Below the pieces are notes generated by a model that searched no databases, was not told the origin of the DNA, and saw only the letters and a list, made by a program, of their open reading frames with translations. From Candidatus Latescibacterota bacterium (lineage in GTDB: Bacteria > Latescibacterota > CBDEFO01): DNA of 64,000 nucleotides. The position numbers and the translations under genes were made by a program. The stretch spans positions 192,001 to 256,000 of the forward strand of contig CBDEFO010000007.1 of the NCBI GenBank assembly GCA_965237525.1, given 5' to 3'. Positions 53,969 through 64,000 of this stretch are shown piece after piece. Numbering within the stretch: the first letter of the stretch is position 1; each line of letters begins with the position of its first letter.

Positions 53969-54615
53969 TTAAAGTAATAATACTTATGCTAGCTGTCTTC
54001 TGTCTGACAGTGTCTCCTTGGATATTCCGAAATGCTTTAGTCCATAAAGCTTTCGTACTTTCCACATCTGGTGGATTAAACTTCTGGCTTGCCAATAACT
54101 TGAGTGTGCCGGAAAGATACAAGACAGGGGACTGGTTAGCAGGTACGATGCAGTTTGAGCCTGAAATAAATAGTCTATCAGAGATAGAAAAGAGTGGGTA
54201 TTTCTTGAAAAAAGGCCTCGACTTCGCGAAGCAATACCCAATTAAGTTCGTAAAATACAAGCTATATACTCTTGTGGAGATGCTGCACCTGTGGCCGATG
54301 GATCGTGGAGGGGAAACAGATATAGGAGTTACAGGTTTCAAAGCGGGCTATTGGGTGAAAAGGGCATACAGTGTGTACTGCCTTGGCCTATTAGGGTGTG
54401 CGCTAATTTCGACTGTACTCTCTTGCAACGACATAAATGTCTTTCACAGGATAGTCTTGCTTGCTCTATTATTCTTCGCTTATACGGTTTTACACATGTT
54501 TTTCATCCCTGCTGGGGGTATCAGATATCGTGTTCCTCTGGACGTTCTCGTCATCGTTATTGCCAGTTTCGCAATATATCATATTTACGCTCGGATGAAG
54601 ATTATCATAACGTAG

Positions 54616-55919
54616 GGGTTATTTATCAAATGAAATCGGTGCACTTCTCTTTCGATCTTTGATTGATCTTGAATGATAGGTTTTCGACAATCTTTGGTTT
54701 CTGTTCTTTTTCAAAATGGATGTATAATTGTTCTTCTTTTAGGTTCCATTCAGCCAGGACAAAGTAGTTGGTGTAAGAGGAGGGAAGAGATACTTTCTCA
54801 TTTAGGACATCGATAAAGGCTTTATCTGTCTGTTCTGTGTCCTGTTTGACTTGTCTGATAAAATAGGTCTTGGGAATGAAATCTTTCTCGTTTGACTTCT
54901 CTTGCTTAGGTGGACGGTAGCCGGTGTATCTCTGTGATGAAAGATTAAACCATTCTAACTTCTGATCAACTTCTTGTAAGCTTTTGAACTGAATTCTGTT
55001 CCAGAACTTCCTTGAAAATACAGAATTGTTGCCTTCTATAGATGCTTGAGAAAAGGGCCTTCTGGGAACGGCAAATATCGGAATCACTTGATTTTTCAAG
55101 AGAAACTGCATTGCTTTGCTGACATTCCTTTTACCTGAAACACTGCCAATAGTCGCCGAGCAATTGTCCACCTTAACGAAATCTGGTTTTTCAAACCTGT
55201 CAAAGAAAGACTGACACTTCTCGATAAAGTTAGTTGCTGTTTGACCGTCAACCCGCCGAAAATACCTTAACTTAGGCTCTTTCTTAAAGGAAAATCCAAC
55301 GAAGTTGACCGGCTCAGTTCTGCCGGTAAGATACTTTTTACCAATAAAGTCTGATTCTAGGACTCTGCCTCCTAAAAGATAGTAAATGGTATACTCTGGA
55401 TAACAAAGATAACGAGATGCACCCTTGTTTTTACCTTTCTTCCTTCTCTGGGAAAGTCCTAAATCTGAAAGCATTCTGCCGATAGTCGGCAACGACGGAG
55501 GAGGGGTGCTAGAATATCGATTCCTCCATTCTTGTTCAATAACAGTGGCTCCTGAATAGAACTGATAAGGATCGTCCTCTAAGCTATGGTAAATCTCTTT
55601 GATTCTCTGTTCGTCAACTTTAGCCAATTTTCGCCTTTTTCCTTTTGGCCAACCCCGATTATCCATGGCAAAATCCTGATCCGGAGATTTAGTCCAAGCT
55701 GTAACGAAATCATTGGAAACTCTCGCTTGTTTGATAACTTCTCGCTTTGACATTTCTTTCTTAAAATACATCTCGTTGACTTCTTGTCTTAATACGGCCA
55801 ATCTCTCTTTGTCCATAGGACTCCGTAGATTAAAGTTAAGACAATCAACTCAACTTAATCTACTAATACTCTAAACAAAGATCAAATTAGGTGCACCGAT
55901 TTCATTTGATATTCAACCC
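54616..55919 (-). mobile_element. Insertion sequence with integrase-core transposase, family unassigned
   Basis: Terminal IRs GGGTT..TATCAAATGAAATCGGTGCAC at both ends; duplication GTAG (or CGTAGG if the ends are 1 bp shorter). Confidence 0.85.
54626..55816 (-). CDS. DDE/integrase-core transposase with N-terminal HTH
   Basis: PSLPTIGRML, ESDF, KVDN, SIEGNN; opposite strand to the locus and bounded by IRs. Confidence 0.8.
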   Translation of the reverse strand: MDKERLAVLRQEVNEMYFKKEMSKREVIKQARVSNDFVTAWTKSPDQDFAMDNRGWPKGKRRKLAKVDEQRIKEIYHSLEDDPYQFYSGATVIEQEWRNRYSSTPPPSLPTIGRMLSDLGLSQRRKKGKNKGASRYLCYPEYTIYYLLGGRVLESDFIGKKYLTGRTEPVNFVGFSFKKEPKLRYFRRVDGQTATNFIEKCQSFFDRFEKPDFVKVDNCSATIGSVSGKRNVSKAMQFLLKNQVIPIFAVPRRPFSQASIEGNNSVFSRKFWNRIQFKSLQEVDQKLEWFNLSSQRYTGYRPPKQEKSNEKDFIPKTYFIRQVKQDTEQTDKAFIDVLNEKVSLPSSYTNYFVLAEWNLKEEQLYIHFEKEQKPKIVENLSFKINQRSKEKCTDFI

Positions 55920-55989
55920 GTAGGGACTAGTGCAGGATAAATCTCTAATAATTGCAAAAAAGTAGTAGTTGATGCCTTAGCGAAGAAAT

Positions 55990-56664
55990 ATGAGAACGAT
56001 CGTGGTCATTCCAGCCTACAAGGAAGCAAGAAGAGTATATCAAGTGGTGCACTCCGTGGTTTCTCTTGGTTATGACGTAGTTGTTGTTGACGATGGCTCA
56101 ATAGACAATACTGCTGAAGAAGCATTCCGCGGAGGTGCTAAAGTTTTGCGACATCTTGTTAATCGTGGCTATGGAGCAGCTCTTACCACCGGTAATCAGT
56201 GGGCTTTGTGTCAAGTTTGTGATGTCATTGTCCACTTTGATGCAGACGGCCAACATGATGCAAACGATACTAAGAGAATGATTCTACCTATTATTAATAG
56301 ACAGGCCGACGTTGTTCTTGGCTCTAGGTTTCTAAAAAATAACGAGGGTATTCCTTTGATACGGAGGATATTAATAAAGCTCGCTATTTTATTTACTTGG
56401 GTATTTTCTGGGGTTAGGTTGACAGATGCTCACAATGGGTTTCGGGCTTTTTCCTCTCGAGCATTGCGCGATATTGATTGCTGGCGGGATGACATGTCTT
56501 ACGCATCAGAAGTTATTGATCAAATTGCCAAATTGGGATTACGTTATCGAGAGGTGGCAGTGACGATTAGATATTCTGAATACTCTCGACGCAAGGGGAT
56601 GCGTAATTTTAGAAAGATAATACTTGGATTAAAATTCCTATGGGGAAAGATGTCAAGAGAATAG
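55990..56664 (+). CDS. GT2 glycosyltransferase (polyprenol-phosphate glycosyltransferase-like)
   Basis: VIPAY, VVDDGS, NRGYG, FDADGQH, GSRF, DAHNGFR. Confidence 0.9.
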   Translation: MRTIVVIPAYKEARRVYQVVHSVVSLGYDVVVVDDGSIDNTAEEAFRGGAKVLRHLVNRGYGAALTTGNQWALCQVCDVIVHFDADGQHDANDTKRMILPIINRQADVVLGSRFLKNNEGIPLIRRILIKLAILFTWVFSGVRLTDAHNGFRAFSSRALRDIDCWRDDMSYASEVIDQIAKLGLRYREVAVTIRYSEYSRRKGMRNFRKIILGLKFLWGKMSRE

Positions 56665-56798
56665 ATAATGAAGTATATTTGCGGATTTGGAAAGATTTAC
56701 GTTTTTATCTGTTAACTCATATCAGTGGCAAGACATATGTATAGGGATCTGCGTGCCTTGATGCACTTGACACATAGAATGTAGATTAGCGCAATAAC

Positions 56799-57815
56799 AT
56801 GAAAAGGAGTGCGAAAATGGAAAAAAGCCGTGTGATCATAAGGCCTGTCAAAGATAGAAAGCTGGACGATGTGGTCGAGGAAATTTTGGAGTTTTGCAAC
56901 TGGAGGGATATTGTCTCAAAGGACTCTAAAGTAGTGGTGAAACCGAATCTGTGTGCGGCCGACAAGAAAGTAATGCCTGCCGCGAACGTCTCTCCTGAGC
57001 TGGTGGCTTCTGTCTGTAGAATTATAAGTACTAAGAGTAAAAATGTATTCATCGGGGAATCGGACGGAATGCGGCACAAGGCTGAGGAGGCTCTGGAAAA
57101 TTCTGGAATGTATAAGATAGCTGATGAATTGGGTATAAAGACTATAAACTTTTCCAAAGATGAGTTAGTTCCGGTCGACGTTGGAATTCTGGAAGGCTGG
57201 AGGATGTCCAAGACTCTCCTTGAGGCGGATGTGGTGGTGACTTTGCCCACTTTGAAGACCCACGCAAGTTTCGTGTTCACAGGGGCTATGAAGAATCAGT
57301 GGGGCTGTATACCAAGATACGACCGCTGTCTGCTGCACCACCATTTCGACAGGGTAGTCAACGATATAAACCGGTTGCTCAACCCGCAAATAGCGGTGAT
57401 GGACGGGATTATGGCTATGGAAGGCAGGGGGCCTGCCATGGGGAATCCGGTGAGGATGGATCTGCTTTTGGCATCCAACGATGTTGTAGCCATAGATGCT
57501 GCAGCTATGAGGCTGATAGGTCTGGATCCGTACAGCGCCAGTTATATCGCTCTGGCCGAAGAGGAAGGTCTCGGTCGAGTTGCTCAAGATAGGATATCCA
57601 TAGATGGTGACTTTGAGCGTTTCAAGACTGTATTTAAACCTGGGGAGTACGATTGGGCCTTGAAGACCATGTCGCTCGTAAACAGGTCTTATTTTCTCAC
57701 ACACTATCTCGTTATGGTTGACACGATCTTTTATCCTATAAGGAAAGTAGTAATTATGATGCGCAAGATAGTAGCGGTGGTCAAGAACCTTCGGATGTTG
57801 AGACCGTCTTGGTGA
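56799..57815 (+). CDS. DUF362-family protein
   Basis: VVVKPNL, LKTH, TGAMKN, DGIMAMEGRGP, DVVAID. Confidence 0.82.
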   Translation: MKRSAKMEKSRVIIRPVKDRKLDDVVEEILEFCNWRDIVSKDSKVVVKPNLCAADKKVMPAANVSPELVASVCRIISTKSKNVFIGESDGMRHKAEEALENSGMYKIADELGIKTINFSKDELVPVDVGILEGWRMSKTLLEADVVVTLPTLKTHASFVFTGAMKNQWGCIPRYDRCLLHHHFDRVVNDINRLLNPQIAVMDGIMAMEGRGPAMGNPVRMDLLLASNDVVAIDAAAMRLIGLDPYSASYIALAEEEGLGRVAQDRISIDGDFERFKTVFKPGEYDWALKTMSLVNRSYFLTHYLVMVDTIFYPIRKVVIMMRKIVAVVKNLRMLRPSW

Positions 57816-57848
57816 AGCAGGATATAGATGGCAATGTAGGAGACTGTC

Positions 57849-59003
57849 TTGAAGAAGATACAAATAGCTCAGATTGTCCACAGCCTTACTCTCGGCAGGG
57901 GAATACAACACGTGGTGTATTCCGTAGTCAAAAAGCTGGACAGAAAGAAATATGAGGTTATAGTCTGCTGTTTAGCTGGACGAGGAGAATTAGCCGATGA
58001 GTTAGAAAAGATAGGAATAGAAGTAATTGTGTTGAGCGGAAAGAGTTCTCTCAGTCCCCTTAACGCTCCAAAAAATCTTATGGCGATTTGGCAACTAACT
58101 AAAATGCTGAGAGAGAGAAGAATACAGGTAGTAGAGACTCACGATTTCTATGCGGGAGCTTTGGGAAGAATCGCAGCCCTCTTAGCAAAAGTTCCTGTTA
58201 TTCTCTGGATGATTCACAGCAGGGACAGTTGGAAGGGGAGTGGACACATTGTAGTAGATAGGGTTCTGTCCAGATATACTGACAGGATTATTACTAACTC
58301 CCAGATGGTCAAGAAATTTACGTCCAGTTTTGAAAATCTAAAAGCCTGTAGATTTACTGTCATCCATAATGGAGTGGATTTGAGCCTGTTCGGCAATGGG
58401 ATTGATCTCTCTGCCAAAAGAAAGGACTTAGGGGTGGACAGAGCTTCTCCCGTGATCTGTTCGGTAGGGCGTCTCATACCAGAGAAGGGATATACCTATC
58501 TGGTCGAGGCTATGCCGCAGGTCGTGAATCATTTTCCGGAGGCGAAACTCCTCATTATCGGCGACGACAGCGAGTTTGAAGAGTCCTCAAAAAGGGTGTT
58601 GAAAGATCTCATTCTGCAGTTGAACCTCTCTGACAGCGTGAGTCTTTTAGGGTGGAGGAACGACGTTCCTCAAATACTTAGCATATCAGATATTTTTGTC
58701 CTCCCATCCCTGAGAGAAGGATTCGGATTAGCGATAGCTGAGGCTATGGCAGCCGAAAAACCTGTTGTAGTCAGCGACATAGATGCGATACCAGAGATAG
58801 TAGAAGACGGGAAGGCAGGCATTTTGGTCCCGATTAAAGACTCAGATGCCCTTGCCGGGGCTATTTTATATCTGCTGCGTAATCCTCACAAGGCAACGCA
58901 AATGGGAAATTGGGGAAGAGAAAGAGTAGAGCAATATTTCTCTGATGAAGTTATGGTCAGAAAGAGGATGAGGCTCTACGATTCTTTCATTGATGAGAGA
59001 TAA
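57849..59003 (+). CDS. GT4 glycosyltransferase
   Basis: HNGVD, GRLIPEKG, LPSLREGFGLAIAEAMA. Confidence 0.9.
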   Translation: MKKIQIAQIVHSLTLGRGIQHVVYSVVKKLDRKKYEVIVCCLAGRGELADELEKIGIEVIVLSGKSSLSPLNAPKNLMAIWQLTKMLRERRIQVVETHDFYAGALGRIAALLAKVPVILWMIHSRDSWKGSGHIVVDRVLSRYTDRIITNSQMVKKFTSSFENLKACRFTVIHNGVDLSLFGNGIDLSAKRKDLGVDRASPVICSVGRLIPEKGYTYLVEAMPQVVNHFPEAKLLIIGDDSEFEESSKRVLKDLILQLNLSDSVSLLGWRNDVPQILSISDIFVLPSLREGFGLAIAEAMAAEKPVVVSDIDAIPEIVEDGKAGILVPIKDSDALAGAILYLLRNPHKATQMGNWGRERVEQYFSDEVMVRKRMRLYDSFIDER

Positions 59004-59012
59004 TTCGGCAAC

Positions 59013-60170
59013 TTGAAATTGCTCAAGAATATAGCGACAAAATTGGGTCTAATTATATTAGGGATTGTGATTGGACTCACCTTAGCTGAATTCGCCGTGC
59101 AGATTATGTATCCGTATGATCGAGGCGAACATATTTTCCAGCGCCATGAGTTAGTGGGTTGGATACATCGTCCGGGGGCTACTGTGACTTTCCACGGGAT
59201 GTTTCCTTTGGCCAGAGAGCTTGAGGTTACCTCAAAGATCAATTCTCACGGCTTGAACGACAGGGAATACCCTTATGAAAAGCCCGAAGGGACATTTCGC
59301 ATCGTTATTTTAGGGGATTCGTTCGCGGCAGGTCTGACCGCGCCTTTGGATGATTCCTTTCAGGAGGTCCTGGAGAATCTTCTGAATAAGAACAGGGAAC
59401 GCCCCAGATTCGAGGTGATTAACTGTGGTGTGGGAGGCTATGCCACGAATCACGAGCTGAGATTTTTCCTTCAGGAAGCATACAAATATGAGCCGGACGT
59501 TGTTCTGCTTACTGTGCTCACAGGAAACGATATTTTGGAGAATAGCAGGTCTTGGGATCCTCCATCGTACACTGAGGTCGAGAATGTGTCAAAAGAAAGG
59601 AATTATTTATCTCTTCTCTATGAGAATTTTAAGCTTCCGCACGTAGCCAGGGACGCTGTGAGAGTCTTTGGACCGGGCTGGCTTTTAGATCTTTTCTACA
59701 AGGGAGGAGGGCTTCTGGCAGGACAGTCTAGAACTCACAAGGGTATTCCGCTTATGTACTGGGTCTATTCGTCTCCGTACTCTCCTGAATGGGAGGAAAG
59801 AGTGTCTCTTACCGTGGAATTGATATTGGTCTTGAAGACGGAGGTGGAAAAACGGAATGCGAAGCTGGGGGTAGTGATTTTGACAAACAAAGAACAGGTT
59901 CATCCTGAGTGGTGGGTGGAGGCTTTAGATACATTTCCTCAGATGAGGGATATGGGATGGGATCTGGGAAAGCCAGATCGGATCTTGGCGGATTTTATGG
60001 ATAAGCAGGGAATCAGTTGTCTGAAGCTTCTGCCGCATTTTAGGGAGTACGCTGCACAGACAGGGAAGAAGTTGCACTATCACTTTGATGGGCACTGGAG
60101 CGTTGAGGGCCATCGTCTGGCAGGCAGACTTATCTATAATTGGATAGTGGAATCAGGTTACCTCCCATAG
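59013..60170 (+). CDS. Membrane-anchored SGNH-family protein (AlgJ/AlgX-like)
   Basis: INSHGL, LGDSF, GND, DGHW. Confidence 0.83.
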   Translation: MKLLKNIATKLGLIILGIVIGLTLAEFAVQIMYPYDRGEHIFQRHELVGWIHRPGATVTFHGMFPLARELEVTSKINSHGLNDREYPYEKPEGTFRIVILGDSFAAGLTAPLDDSFQEVLENLLNKNRERPRFEVINCGVGGYATNHELRFFLQEAYKYEPDVVLLTVLTGNDILENSRSWDPPSYTEVENVSKERNYLSLLYENFKLPHVARDAVRVFGPGWLLDLFYKGGGLLAGQSRTHKGIPLMYWVYSSPYSPEWEERVSLTVELILVLKTEVEKRNAKLGVVILTNKEQVHPEWWVEALDTFPQMRDMGWDLGKPDRILADFMDKQGISCLKLLPHFREYAAQTGKKLHYHFDGHWSVEGHRLAGRLIYNWIVESGYLP

Positions 60171-60206
60171 GAAGTTTAAAGATAAGGGCGATTGCAGCTA
60201 TATTAG

Positions 60207-61726
60207 AAGCCTTGTGAAAAACCCTTAGATATCAGAAAATAGTATAAAACAAGCATTGATAAAGCAGCTCCGATGTATTATATTATGTTATTGATAATAT
60301 TATACATGGAGGAAACAATGACCCCACAAAAGCAGGAACAGACAAATCCGATGTTTCACTATTTTCAGATGGAGGATTTAGTTCCCGAGGATCATATCCT
60401 TCGCCAGATTGATGAGGCAGTTGATTTTTCATTTGTACGAGACGTTGTATCAGATTGTTATTGCCCTGACAATGGCAGACCCGGTATTGATCCTGAATTA
60501 GTTGTTCGAATGATCCTTATTGGCTATCTGTATAATTTGAGTGAGAATCGGCTCTGTCAGGAAGTGGGGATGCATGCGGCATATCGGTTGTTTTGTCATC
60601 AGACATTTGATGATGCGGTTCCGGATAGGAGCACGATCAACAAGCTTCGCAATCACAAGTGGGCATCCAGTGGGTTGTTTGAACGGATAATGCGTCAGGT
60701 AGTCCAGTGTTGCATAGATGTCGGTGTTGTGAGCGGTAAACACCTTAGTGTCGACGGCACTCAGATACAAGCTGATGCTTCAGTGAAAAGTATTGAGCCG
60801 ATAGAACCCCCTGTTTCTCTTGATGATTATCTCAAGGGAATCGGTTTTGAAGGTGATAAGACAAAGGGTAGGTCCGGGCATCCTCAGGATAAAGACTTTC
60901 ATGGTGAAAAGTGGACGAACCAAACACACCGTTCGACTACAGACCCCGACGCGCGCTTATACAGCAAATCGAAGGGCAAAGGGGCTTTTCTCTCGTTTAT
61001 GGGCCATGATCTGATCGACACAAAAAGCAGAGTAATCCTTGAGACTCAGGGCACGCAGGCGACAGGGACAGCAGAGCCCGAAAGTGCCCTTAAGATGGTA
61101 GATGACCTTGAAACATAGACCATGCCCAAAGACATTCAGACACTTAGTGCCGATACCGGTTACGGTTCTGGTAATTTTATCGCTGATGTACTTGACCGGG
61201 GAATCATACCCCATATTCCTCTGCGAGCCGATGAGAAGATTGAACCGATTCCTACATGGAAAAACAAGACAAATCCAGCACATATTCAGGCCGAACGGGA
61301 TAGAAAAGTGCGAGAGGCGAAAGCCAGAAATCATGCACGGTCTATCTCATTAACAGCTGACTACAAACTCTCCCGGAGACTCCGTAAACGCAGTGAACAT
61401 ATCTTTGCTGAAGCCAGGCAACAACACGGTATGGGACGAGCCCGTTACAGAGGACCAGCCTCACTGAATGAACAGTTGAATCTTGTTGCAACAGTACAGA
61501 ATCTCAAGAGGCTTGTATCTTTCATAAGAAGGGGGAAAGCGTCTATGTGTGCCCTGTCTGTCAAAGACAGTGCATCCTGTTCTTCAAACAGCTCCTATTC
61601 CTTGCTGACCAGAACTCTGATAAGACTATTTTGCTTATTCCACAGCAAAACGATACGATATGCTACTCTTTGACCCATAATCGGCGCTTCAGACGCTGCC
61701 TGGGACATAACTATTTCACAAGGCTT
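60207..61726 (+). mobile_element. IS1182-family element, copy C (1520 bp), intergenic
   Basis: Same IRs; 4-bp duplication TTAG. Confidence 0.93.
60273..61673 (+). pseudogene. IS1182 transposase with nonsense mutation
   Basis: TAG at 61116-61118 where copies A and B encode Tyr. Confidence 0.88.
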
Positions 61727-61775
61727 TTAGTCTGTTGCGAAATTAAGCGAGCTTTTCAATGGAGACCTACTTTAG

Positions 61776-62765
61776 ATGATAATAACCAGGGCGCCCTTTC
61801 GCATTCCGTTGGGAGGGGGAGGCACAGATCTTCCCTCGTATTACTCCCAATATGGCGGATTTGTCCTGAGCGGGGCTATAGACAAGTACGTGTTTATCAA
61901 CCTGAATAGACTTAAAATAGAGGACTTTATCAGGGTGAAGTACTCCAAGACGGAGTTGGTAAATTCCGCCAGCCAAATAGAGCATCCCCTTCTGAGGGAA
62001 GCTCTAAAATTCACAGGGATAGACGGCGGCTTGGAGATAGCGTCTATGGCTGACATCCCTGCCGGTACGGGAATGGGATCGTCAGGGAGTTTTCTGGTCT
62101 CTATTTTGACCGGTCTTCACGCCTTCAAAAGGGATCATATCTCGATTCAGGATCTGGCCGAGGAGGCGTGCACGATAGAAATAGATATTGTGGGACAGCC
62201 TGCAGGTAAGCAGGATCAATATGTAGCTGCATTTGGAGGCATAGTCTGTATGGACATCCAGACAGATGGAAATGTCGACGTGGAGCAGCTCAGAATCTCT
62301 TCTCACGATTTAGATGAATTGAAAAATGGCACCCTGTTATTCTACACGGAAATACTGAGAGAGAGCTTCGATATATTAGGAGAACAAAAGAAAGATACTG
62401 ACAAAGGCGACAAAAATGTAGTTGACAGCCTGCACGTTACAAAGGAGATAGGACTGGAGATCAAAAGTGCTATCCAGTCCGGAGATTTCAACAGATTCGG
62501 AGAACTCTTGGATCTGCACTGGCAGAACAAGAAGAAGCGTTCGGGGAAAATCTCTGATCCCAGGGTAGACCGGTGGTATCAAATTGCCAAAGACAACGGT
62601 GCCTTGGGCGGCAAGCTTATGGGAGCAGGCGGAGGCGGATTCTTGATGTTCTACTGTCCCAACGACCGCAAGCGAGATGTGAGAAGGGCTATGGCAGGTG
62701 AGGGTTTGAGGGAGATGAACTTCAACTTCGACTTTGAAGGGGCCAAAGTGCTGGTTAATTTTTGA
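61776..62765 (+). CDS. hddA: GHMP kinase, D-glycero-alpha-D-manno-heptose-7-phosphate kinase-like
   Basis: APFRIPLGGGGTD, PAGTGMGSS, GKQDQY, GAGGGGF. Confidence 0.85.
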   Translation: MIITRAPFRIPLGGGGTDLPSYYSQYGGFVLSGAIDKYVFINLNRLKIEDFIRVKYSKTELVNSASQIEHPLLREALKFTGIDGGLEIASMADIPAGTGMGSSGSFLVSILTGLHAFKRDHISIQDLAEEACTIEIDIVGQPAGKQDQYVAAFGGIVCMDIQTDGNVDVEQLRISSHDLDELKNGTLLFYTEILRESFDILGEQKKDTDKGDKNVVDSLHVTKEIGLEIKSAIQSGDFNRFGELLDLHWQNKKKRSGKISDPRVDRWYQIAKDNGALGGKLMGAGGGGFLMFYCPNDRKRDVRRAMAGEGLREMNFNFDFEGAKVLVNF

Positions 62766-62780
62766 AATGGGATCGAAAAG

Positions 62781-63416
62781 ATGTTCAACGCTGAATACAT
62801 AGATCAGTACTTTGCCGAAATGGAAAGGATAATAGGCTTCCTCGAAATGGAGGACATAGACCATGCGGTTGAGCTGTTGTTCCAGGCGTGGCAAGACGAT
62901 AAGACTGTCTTTATTATGGGTAATGGAGGCTCTGCCTCGACGGCTACTCATTTTGTATGTGATCTTGCCAAGGTGACGATTGTGGATGGCAAGAAACGAT
63001 TCAAGGTTGTGGGACTGACAGATAACATCCCACTGGTGAGCGCGTTGACGAACGACAGCGGCTTCGGGAGCATCTTCGCTGAGCAGCTGGAGCCCTGGCT
63101 TGGAGCAGGGGACGTGCTAATCGGTTTGTCTGTGCACGGTGGGTCGGGTGAGGGGGATGCGGGACCATGGTCCCAGAATCTGGTCAAGGCCATGGGATTA
63201 GCCAAAGAGCGCGATGCCAAGATCATAGGATTCAGCGGCTTCGGGGGGGGAGCTCTGAAAGAAATGGCGGATGTCTGCATCGTAGTGCCTATAGATACCG
63301 AGCCACTGGGAACACCGCTTGTGGAGTCGTTTCATGTTGCCCTGCATCACTTGGTCTGTACGGCTGTTGGAAGAAGGATAGAGAGGACAGATGAAAAGAG
63401 CCGTGTTTCTGGATAG
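62781..63416 (+). CDS. gmhA: Sedoheptulose-7-phosphate isomerase-like SIS protein
   Basis: GNGGSAS, ALTND, ESFH. Confidence 0.83.
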   Translation: MFNAEYIDQYFAEMERIIGFLEMEDIDHAVELLFQAWQDDKTVFIMGNGGSASTATHFVCDLAKVTIVDGKKRFKVVGLTDNIPLVSALTNDSGFGSIFAEQLEPWLGAGDVLIGLSVHGGSGEGDAGPWSQNLVKAMGLAKERDAKIIGFSGFGGGALKEMADVCIVVPIDTEPLGTPLVESFHVALHHLVCTAVGRRIERTDEKSRVSG

Positions 63417-64000
63417 AGACGGCGTTATCAACAGTATTATCTACAACAGACATGAGGGAATTAAAGATTCTCCCCTAAACCCCGATCAGTTTGAAGTACT
63501 ACCGGGCGTGGGAGAAGCGGTAAGGCTTATAAATCAGATGGAATTTCTGGCCATACTGGCTTCAAACCAGCCGGGGGTCGCTAAAGGTAAGTTCACACAC
63601 GAAATTCTAGATGCGATGACGGCTAAGATGGAAGTCGCGCTTGCAAAATCTGATGCCAAGTTAGATGGCATTTACTACTGCCTGCATCATCCCAATGCTC
63701 TTTTGGACGAATACCGGGTAGTTTGCGAGTGCCGAAAGCCGAAGCCGGGATTGCTCATAAAAGGAGCAGTGGATTTCGGCGTAGATCTGGAAAGATCTTA
63801 TATGGTCGGGGATCGCATAGTGGACGTTCAGGCGGGACAAGACGCGGGTTGTAAGACGCTATGGATCGGTAAGTTAGATTCCCAAATGTCCAGATTGATG
63901 GAACAGGAGTGCCTAACTCCTGATTTTATAGTTTCCGATCTGCTCGAAGGTGTAAGATTGATTCAACGAAAGGAGTTGGAGGATGGAAATATTCCTGGAC
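63391..64000 (+). CDS. gmhB: Heptose-1,7-bisphosphate phosphatase (HAD), 3' partial, absent from the ORF track
   Basis: MKRAVFLDRDGVIN, SNQPG, YCLHHP, CECRKPKPG, MVGD; frame open to the window end. Confidence 0.9.
   Translation, partial: MKRAVFLDRDGVINSIIYNRHEGIKDSPLNPDQFEVLPGVGEAVRLINQMEFLAILASNQPGVAKGKFTHEILDAMTAKMEVALAKSDAKLDGIYYCLHHPNALLDEYRVVCECRKPKPGLLIKGAVDFGVDLERSYMVGDRIVDVQAGQDAGCKTLWIGKLDSQMSRLMEQECLTPDFIVSDLLEGVRLIQRKELEDGNIPG
63983..64000 (+). CDS. Possible start of a transaldolase-like gene
   Basis: GGAGG then ATG; MEIFLD resembles transaldolase/FSA N-termini; only six codons visible. Confidence 0.35.

Larger units (their letters stand above)
51797..54615 (+). pseudogene. GT-C (ArnT/PMT-like) membrane glycosyltransferase interrupted by IS1182 copy B
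   Basis: YDDSVAY, PPLYPLFLA, LTEWLF; PRIK|VII rejoins in frame; PWIFRN, RYRVP in the 3' part. Confidence 0.82.

Noticed and set aside
57165..57911. 248-aa minus-strand ORF
   Set aside because: Antisense to the DUF362 gene with no recognisable features.

Overview
Bacterial genomic window, probably from an uncultured lineage (inference only). It has no rRNA, tRNA or CRISPR array that I could see. Bases 1-18,000 are mostly housekeeping and regulatory genes: a DAACS symporter, a frameshifted DUF4159-like gene, a Fur/PerR pseudogene-sodA-aquaporin-ComD-like unit divergent from an Nramp-like transporter, a PAS kinase with a sigma54 activator, a vitamin K-dependent gamma-carboxylase (HTTM) homologue, an acidic exported protein, a sigma54-driven lytic transglycosylase/PTS IIA/sigma70 group, and gatCA. 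From about 18,000 to the end is one co-oriented surface-polysaccharide locus: Wzc, glycosyltransferases, carbamoyltransferase plus DUF5989, SGNH proteins, sulfatase-like membrane proteins, methyltransferases and heptose genes hddA-gmhA-gmhB. The locus is heavily decayed, with nonsense codons, frameshifts, six IS copies of three types and an internal duplication showing reciprocal gene loss. It still carries an uninterrupted phosphonate cassette (TagF-like transferase, PepM-nucleotidyltransferase fusion, Ppd, second nucleotidyltransferase, Fe-ADH) predicted to make and attach 2-hydroxyethylphosphonate. A 17-21 nt palindrome (CCCCGAT-loop-ATCGGGG) recurs at four loci, nests within itself, and is present in only one of two IS3 copies, which suggests a tiny mobile hairpin.
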